A stretch of DNA of 40,801 nucleotides from Octopus bimaculoides (taxonomy: Eukaryota): NCBI RefSeq assembly GCF_001194135.2, contig NC_068987.1, forward strand, positions 104,413,003 to 104,453,803, in the 5' to 3' direction. Made by a program: the position numbers and the translations under genes. Positions 34,962 through 40,801 of this stretch are shown here, piece after piece. Under the pieces are notes generated by a model that was given only the letters and a program-made list of their open reading frames with translations, had not been told where the DNA came from and ran no database searches. How positions within the stretch are numbered: the stretch's first letter is position 1; every line of letters begins with the position of its first letter.

Positions 34962-36043
34962 CTATACAGGATTCCTGTGTAGGATTACCACTCAACAAAA
35001 TGATAGAACATACACTTTTACATAATTGATACTTGACACTGTAGCACCAACATATGAACGATTAGTAGCTCAATATTGGGAACAAATATACGCATATAAA
35101 ACCTGAACTGTACAACGAATAACTTATGAAAATGAACAAATATTCAATTACATAGACGCCACAAAGCTTACAGCAGCTGAGCAATAATTGATGAAGTTAG
35201 AAATCGAGGCATAAAGTCTGTTATATTTGGCGGCGCTGTTAAGAGGGTAAATGTTGGTAATTATGTTAATAGTTATAGCATTATTAATAATGATATTAAT
35301 ATTACTGTTGAAGACGGGCACAACAATCAAAATGTCGACAGCATAGACATTACCACTTCTGATCAGTTCATTTCTTCAATAATAGTTATGTTCTTTGCAG
35401 TTGCTGGAACTCTGCAATATTTCCTATCAGCTGAATGAACCAAGTAGACCAAACATAAAAGAACAGGTTTCAAAAATACTAAGAATACGCTAAAGAAACT
35501 CCAATGCATTTTAGGTATCCTTTTAAAAGACTTGCTTTTAAAGACCAACATAGATTAATAGTTAGCATCAGCTATTTACAATGGGACATAATATCAGAAG
35601 GTGCTAACATGTTATTAGTAGACTCTTCAACGATTTTTACTCTGTTATTTTGTTACTTTTGAAATCTATATTTGAAAGCGAAGCCAAGGACATTAAAGTG
35701 TATTTTGAACTGGAGAAATGTTAGAAACTGATAATAAGAGGCTGACCAGTAGAGCAGGTAACAAGGAGCAACATCTTCAGAGACAAAACATTTTTTTTCC
35801 TATTTATATACATGTGAATTATCTGCGATCATTATCATGTCTTATTCTTGCATATGTGCATAGTATCTGACTGGATTTTAAATACTTTAAACGAACGGTA
35901 ATAACCCCCTTATCCACAATGGTAGTGAACATCAGTGCATAGAGCACAAAGGCAGAGGTGTTTAAGTTTTGCTCGTGGTAGTTAGTAAAATACGCCGAAA
36001 CACTCACTCATCTCTCCTCTTTCAAAATGAATAAACATATTGG

Positions 36044-36255
36044 TTTCAAATTTTGGCAGAAGGTCAGCTGGTTTGGAAGAGGAGCTAAGTTGATTAAACG
36101 AACCCCAGTGTTCAACTGGTACTCATTTTATCGATCCTGATAGGATGAAAAAGCAAAGTCGACCTGGGCGGAATTTGAACTCAAAACGCAAAGACAAACG
36201 AAGTGCCACTAAGCATTTCTCCCGGTGTGCTACCGACTCTGCCAGTTCGCCCCCT
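36044..36255 (-). mobile_element. SINE family B, diverged tail variant
   Basis: caactggtactcattttatcgatcc...gtcgacctgggcggaatttgaactc...tgctaccgactctgccagttcgcc. Confidence 0.85.
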
Positions 36256-36450
36256 TACACTAAACGCAATACATATTAGAAAGATTAAACGATATATTAA
36301 AGTGATATAAAACACAGGAAAAGAACTTTTAGAAAGGATGGATCACCGTAATCAATGAAAACACGGCATCTATGATTTATGCTTCATGCCTCTTCTCTCA
36401 CACAAATTAAACCAAATACCCCGGTAGCATGTTGATGCTCATGTCATAAT

Positions 36451-36671
36451 CTTTTCTACTCTAGGAACAAGGCCTGAAATTTTTTGTGTGGGGGGAGGGC
36501 AGTCGATTAGGTCGACTCCAGTACGCAACTGGTACTTAACTTATCGACCCCGAAAGGATGAAAGTCAAAGTCGACCTCGGCGGAATTTGAACTCAGAACA
36601 CAAAGACAGACGAAATACCGCTTAGCATTTTACCCGGCATGCTAACGATTCTGCCAGCTCACCGCCTGGTA
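36451..36671 (-). mobile_element. SINE family B, full length, exact 13-bp TSD
   Basis: Flanked by ctcatgtcataat at 36438-36450 and 36672-36684. Confidence 0.95.
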
Positions 36672-37109
36672 CTCATGTCATAATGGCTACGTTTTCTAAT
36701 CACTTTCTGTCACATACTCTCCACGTGTTTTGTTAAGAGTGTATGACAGTGCTTCCTTTCACTGAGTCCAACAAAATTGATGATTAAGTTTGTAATGAAT
36801 AGACATCACCTGCTGAAGATCATGATATGCTGCCATCTCATGGAATATATCACGGTGCCTGTTAAAACATAATCTAGAATTGTTGGTAAAATAGTTGATT
36901 CCATATGTACAATGTCGGACATGATGCTATTCTTTATATAGTAAAATACACTTCAAAAACACTTCAAATAAACGGCAAAAAAGAAAGAAAGAAAGAAAGA
37001 AAGAAAGACAAAAAGAGAGAGAAAAGGAAGGAGGAGTGAGATAACTAAAGACGCAGGGAAGTCAATAGAATCTCACTTCTCAGAATCCTCTTTCTTATTT
37101 CTTGCTTTC

Positions 37110-37535
37110 TAAAATACCAGACATGCTTTTCAGCATAACACCCACTTCTCTCGTATAACATGTCCAAGATGAAAGCATCTTCTTGCAAAGACACTCTCGT
37201 CTGTCACCGCAACTGCTCCTGGTCCATCAACTTGTAACGGATTTCACAAGATTCATTGTAGGAAAATGTTTACAAAAGTAATATTCTCACTCAATCATAT
37301 TCTCTGAAGCTTATTCACACACATCCATTAGAAACTGCTGAATGGCTACATTCTTCTCCCAAAAGTTATTAGATCAAGCATTAGGTTAAAACTTAGTTTG
37401 GAATTTTCGAAAAATGTTTCATTTCTAAGCTTAATTTTCTCCTACAAAATTTGTGTTGGCAGCTCTAAATTCGACTCAGTAATTCCATGTGCATTACCGA
37501 ACCGCAATTATTACATTCATTTTGTAATGGAAGGC
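37110..37535 (-). mobile_element. Decayed Merlin (IS1595/ISXO2-like) DDE transposase
   Basis: Minus strand: ECNNCGSVM...SCQHKFCRRKLSL/RNETFFENSKLS..LMLDLI..NPLQVDGPGAVAVTDESVFARRCFHLGHVIREKWVL (DES at 37193-37201), matching the Merlin zinc finger and GGPG..VEIDES...RKY.RGR....WV pattern. Confidence 0.75.
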
Positions 37536-38109
37536 GGCGACATGGTAATGGATTTATAATTTGTAATGGAAGACGGAAAAAGGAAATTGCGGGAAACCCA
37601 CATTACCCTTCTCTGCATCAACTACTTGTGTTGCGGATTGTCGGTATTTTGGAGAAATCTGTAGAAACGGTCTGTTTATATTGAAATCTTTCTAAATACT
37701 GACAGAAGGCCAAAGACAAAGAAGCAGCCTTTTCGGCCGACTTCTACAGTATTCGTCCAAAGAATGTAGGATGATCGCTTTTGAATAACCCATATGAATT
37801 ACAAATAGACGATGGTACGCAGATATATTTTCCTAATAAATGTTTTATCATTTTAATGCATATCGTTTAAATAACTAATTGTCTTTCTCCTATTTTTTTG
37901 ATACATAACTTTATAAGATAAATCATTTCATCGTTTATAATAAATATATCACGCTTATAATTTTTCAGCTGGAGTAGTGTGGAATGAATAAGTGGAATGA
38001 ATAAGACGAAGAAGTACCTATCATTGATATAAGATTAAACTGTCTAATTTAATGAAAAATATTTTAATGCATATATAATTTTATAAGAGGTATCTCTTTG
38101 GAAGAATGA

Positions 38110-38450
38110 AGGAAGACAAAAGTGGCTGGCGAAGTCCACGTATTTAATACAGAATGGGTTATGGAGCACTCTTTTGGAGAAGTAATTGATAAAGTTTTAT
38201 TTCATATAGTCCTTGAAAAGGTTGCTGTTGTAGAAGAAGATATTCACATCGACCAAGATGATTCAAGCCATGCAAAAATCCTTGGCATAATGCGTTCAGA
38301 AGAATTTGAATTAATGTGATGCGGTTTGCATTCTCAATTGACACTTTTTTAAAAGAAAAATAATTGAAAAATGAAGCTTTAACTTGAGCAAGTTACACAG
38401 TAGCTTAATTGACGGCTAAATGCATTAAAATGATTTGCTGACGGAAATCG
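38110..38450 (+). mobile_element. Decayed hAT transposase N-terminus (SPIN/GTF2IRD2-like)
   Basis: KVAGEVHVFNTEWVMEHSFGEV..KV...EKVAVVEE..SH...MRSEEFE...GLHSQ..FK...NEA.T.ASY.VA.L.AK resembles KRKVD.E.RVF...W...YFF.EV...CL.C...VAV.KEYN and downstream ASY.VA..IAK. Confidence 0.65.
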
Positions 38451-38532
38451 AAGAGTTACATATATATTTATAATTCTTTCTTTTTATTTTTGGATAATCG
38501 TTCTCGAAACACATATACAGCTATATGAAATA

Positions 38533-38603
38533 ATTGCTTTGGCCCACTGGTAGAGCGCCTGTCACGTCTACAGAAAATATGGGTTCGAATACCACGGGCA
38601 GCC
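38533..38603 (+). pseudogene. tRNA-Thr-like relic, copy 1
   Basis: tggcccactggtagagcgcctgtcacgtctacagaaaatatgggttcgaataccacgggcagc: A-box, CTGT/ACAG anticodon stem around CGT, T-loop GGTTCGAAT; acceptor stem decayed. Confidence 0.45.
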
Positions 38604-38812
38604 TTCGATATTTTGTATCCTAAAAGGGTTTTAGAACCCAGTATTTATATGCTATTCTTTACAGCATATACTCCGATGTACTCCGAGACCTATTAATCCA
38701 AAAAGAATTATTCAATTTTCTCTCGAAAGCTTATAAAATTCTTATAATTCAACAATATACGATCCTTGCGAGTAAGAATAAAATTCCTGAAACAGAGGTA
38801 GAAATCCAAATG

Positions 38813-38882
38813 ATTACTTTGGTCCGCTAGTAGAACGCTTTCCATGTCATCAGGAAATATGGGTTCGAGTCTCACGGGCAGT
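38813..38882 (+). pseudogene. tRNA-Thr-like relic, copy 2
   Basis: tggtccgctagtagaacgctttccatgtcatcaggaaatatgggttcgagtctcacgggcag; homologous to copy 1, 280 bp downstream. Confidence 0.4.
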
Positions 38883-39130
38883 TTTTGATTTTTTCTATCC
38901 TAAAGGGATTATTTTTATCTTGATCTCCAGCAGGCGAAATTTGATACTTTTGTCTTTGTAATGTCTGTAGCATCAGCAAAAAGCAATTTCACCCTGTTTT
39001 ATCACGGAATATTATTCTTTATCAAAAAATTGTCATGGCTCTATGTTAATATCCCCCCACCACATGTTTATTGTATAACAGATCTTTGTGGCCATATTTT
39101 GATATATTTCGCCTAGTATCTGTTCACTTA

Positions 39131-39330
39131 GTTTCGAAGTTTCTTGTAAATTGCCAGTGCAAGTAACTTCCCTATGTAGTAACTCTGTGGATTCTAAAAT
39201 AGTGAAACCAGGCGATCTATGTCATTCATAGTTTCGGAGTTACTTATATATTGCCAGTACAAGTAACTTCCATATGTAGAAATTCTGTAGATTCTAACAT
39301 AGTGAGACCAGGCGGTCTATTTCAATCATA
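39131..39330. repeat. 100-bp tandem duplication (2 units)
   Basis: 39131-39230 vs 39231-39330: 14 mismatches by my count, no indels. Confidence 0.92.
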
Positions 39331-40352
39331 TGTGTTCATCTTATTCCACATTTAGTAACAACGCCCATTAACACTGATCTATGTAAGCAACTGACTTCCC
39401 AGTCAAATAATCCCATCATTCCTCAGACACAGCTGCACATTTAACTTCTCCAACCATACATTATTGTACTTTTACATCGGTTTCAGTTTATGAGGGCTTT
39501 TCTTCCCTTATGTTTGCGCATCACGGTGATGGGCGTGTATTTGTATGGATGTATTTTTTTACTCCGAAAACAGCCACATAAAAAAATAATAATAAAAAGT
39601 GATGAGTGCCTTGTCTCTGATCGGGAATCTCGTTGATCGTGAGGAACTTCTTCGATTTCCTTTCAAACCAATTTATTTCTTGTTTCCTTCAGTTACAGAT
39701 AAAGACTAAAGCTGTTCGCGGGTGCTGACACTGCGAAATATATTGATTGCCATAATTTTGTTTCGGGATTCAAACAGATCGAAGAACAAGCTTAAAGCTT
39801 AGGCTATGAATGGTATTTTGTGATCATCTCTCTGATCCTAACGTGTTAGGTTCAATCATACTGCGCAGTGTCATAACGTTTGTAAGTTAAATTCTTGACA
39901 GCTTTCAGGAAGCTTTTCTATATAATTTGGATATTTTAAAACAAAATAAACCAAATCGCCTTAAATGCTGTGCTCTGTCTTTGTCAACCCTAACCCTATT
40001 CTGATCACTGCAGAACACTTTCCTCGTCTTCAAAACTACCGAAAGAAATTAATAGTCATACGCACAATGAACGGCGAGGGTCAACCGATGACTTCCATAC
40101 ATATTCGTAATAGGTTTCAGTAAATTCGAAAGCGAATATGCTAATCGCTGTCGTGTTTCGTCACAGGAAAACAACTTCTCCTTTACGATGACTATCTGTT
40201 CATAACACACTCGATTCATTAATGTAATGAATCGAGAGCACTGTAATGAAACATACCAGTATATTACCATATTCGCAATCGAATCTGACGGAACGTATTG
40301 AAAAAAACAATATGCAAGTTATCTTACGCTGAAAAGGCTGCTCAGAAATAAT

Positions 40353-40740
40353 CTTTTCTACTCTACAATCAGATCGACCCCAGTACACAACTGATACTTA
40401 ATTTATCGACCCCAAAAGGATGAAAGGCAAGTCGACCTCGGCGGAATTTGAACTCTGAACGTAAAGACAGACGAAATACCTGTTAAGCATTTCGCCCGGC
40501 TTGCTAACGTTTCTTATTTCTTTATTGCCCACAAGGGGCCCAACATAGAGGGGACAAACAAGGACAGACAAAGGGATTGAGTCGATTACATCGACCCCAG
40601 TGCGTAACTGGTACTTAATTTATCGATCCCGAAAGGATGGAAGGCAAATGCGACCTCGGCAGAATTTGAACTCAGAACATAACAGCAGACGAAATACCGC
40701 TTAGCCTTTCGCACGCGTGCTAACGTTTCTGCCAGCTCAC
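40353..40740 (-). mobile_element. Dimeric SINE family B with exact 12-bp TSD
   Basis: Unit 1 at 40513-40740, unit 2 at 40353-40512; ctcagaaataat at 40341-40352 and 40741-40752. Confidence 0.92.
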
Positions 40741-40801
40741 CTCAGAAATAATACAATTGCAATTTTGACTCACAGAAAAGAATTTTGTAAGATCTTTCAA
40801 T

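Noticed and set aside
38122-38319. 65-aa ORF as a host GTF2IRD2/EPM2AIP1-like gene
   Set aside because: The zinc-finger Cys/His residues are lost and stops follow immediately; treated as a dead hAT fragment.
39599-39625. TGATGA...CTGA snoRNA C/D box pair
   Set aside because: Boxes are only about 12 nt apart, far too close for a snoRNA.
39986-39998. Telomere-like CCCTAA units
   Set aside because: Only two units; not an interstitial telomeric array.

Overview
Repeat-saturated eukaryotic non-coding DNA (intergenic or a long intron) from a gappy assembly with five N-gaps, most of them next to microsatellites. The SINE families and microsatellite load match what I recall of Octopus genomes; the species call is inference, not a search result. 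I find no intact host protein-coding gene, and most ORFs in the supplied track are microsatellite or N-run artefacts. The window holds decayed transposons from many lineages: two R4/Dong-type RLE LINEs, two RTE LINE pieces, an L1/Tx1 piece, a Penelope-like RT+GIY-YIG element, three Tc1/mariner lineages (DD37D maT, rosa-like DD41D, mariner), a Merlin transposase and a hAT (SPIN/GTF2IRD2-like) piece. It also holds more than 20 SINE copies, labelled here with my own names: A, B, C (heads H1/H2, tails T1/T2) and D. The most interesting signal is SINE modularity. A three-part SINE chimera (17060-17711) and a SINE dimer (40353-40740) each sit inside a single target-site duplication (TSD). All four head x tail combinations of family C occur. 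All four readable SINE TSDs start with ATTA, and one SINE tail ends in a hairpin resembling the RTE 3' end in the same window. Also present are a hammerhead-like motif, a possible decayed GPCR pseudogene and a tandem pair of tRNA-Thr-like relics. I see no evidence of a new protein-coding system.
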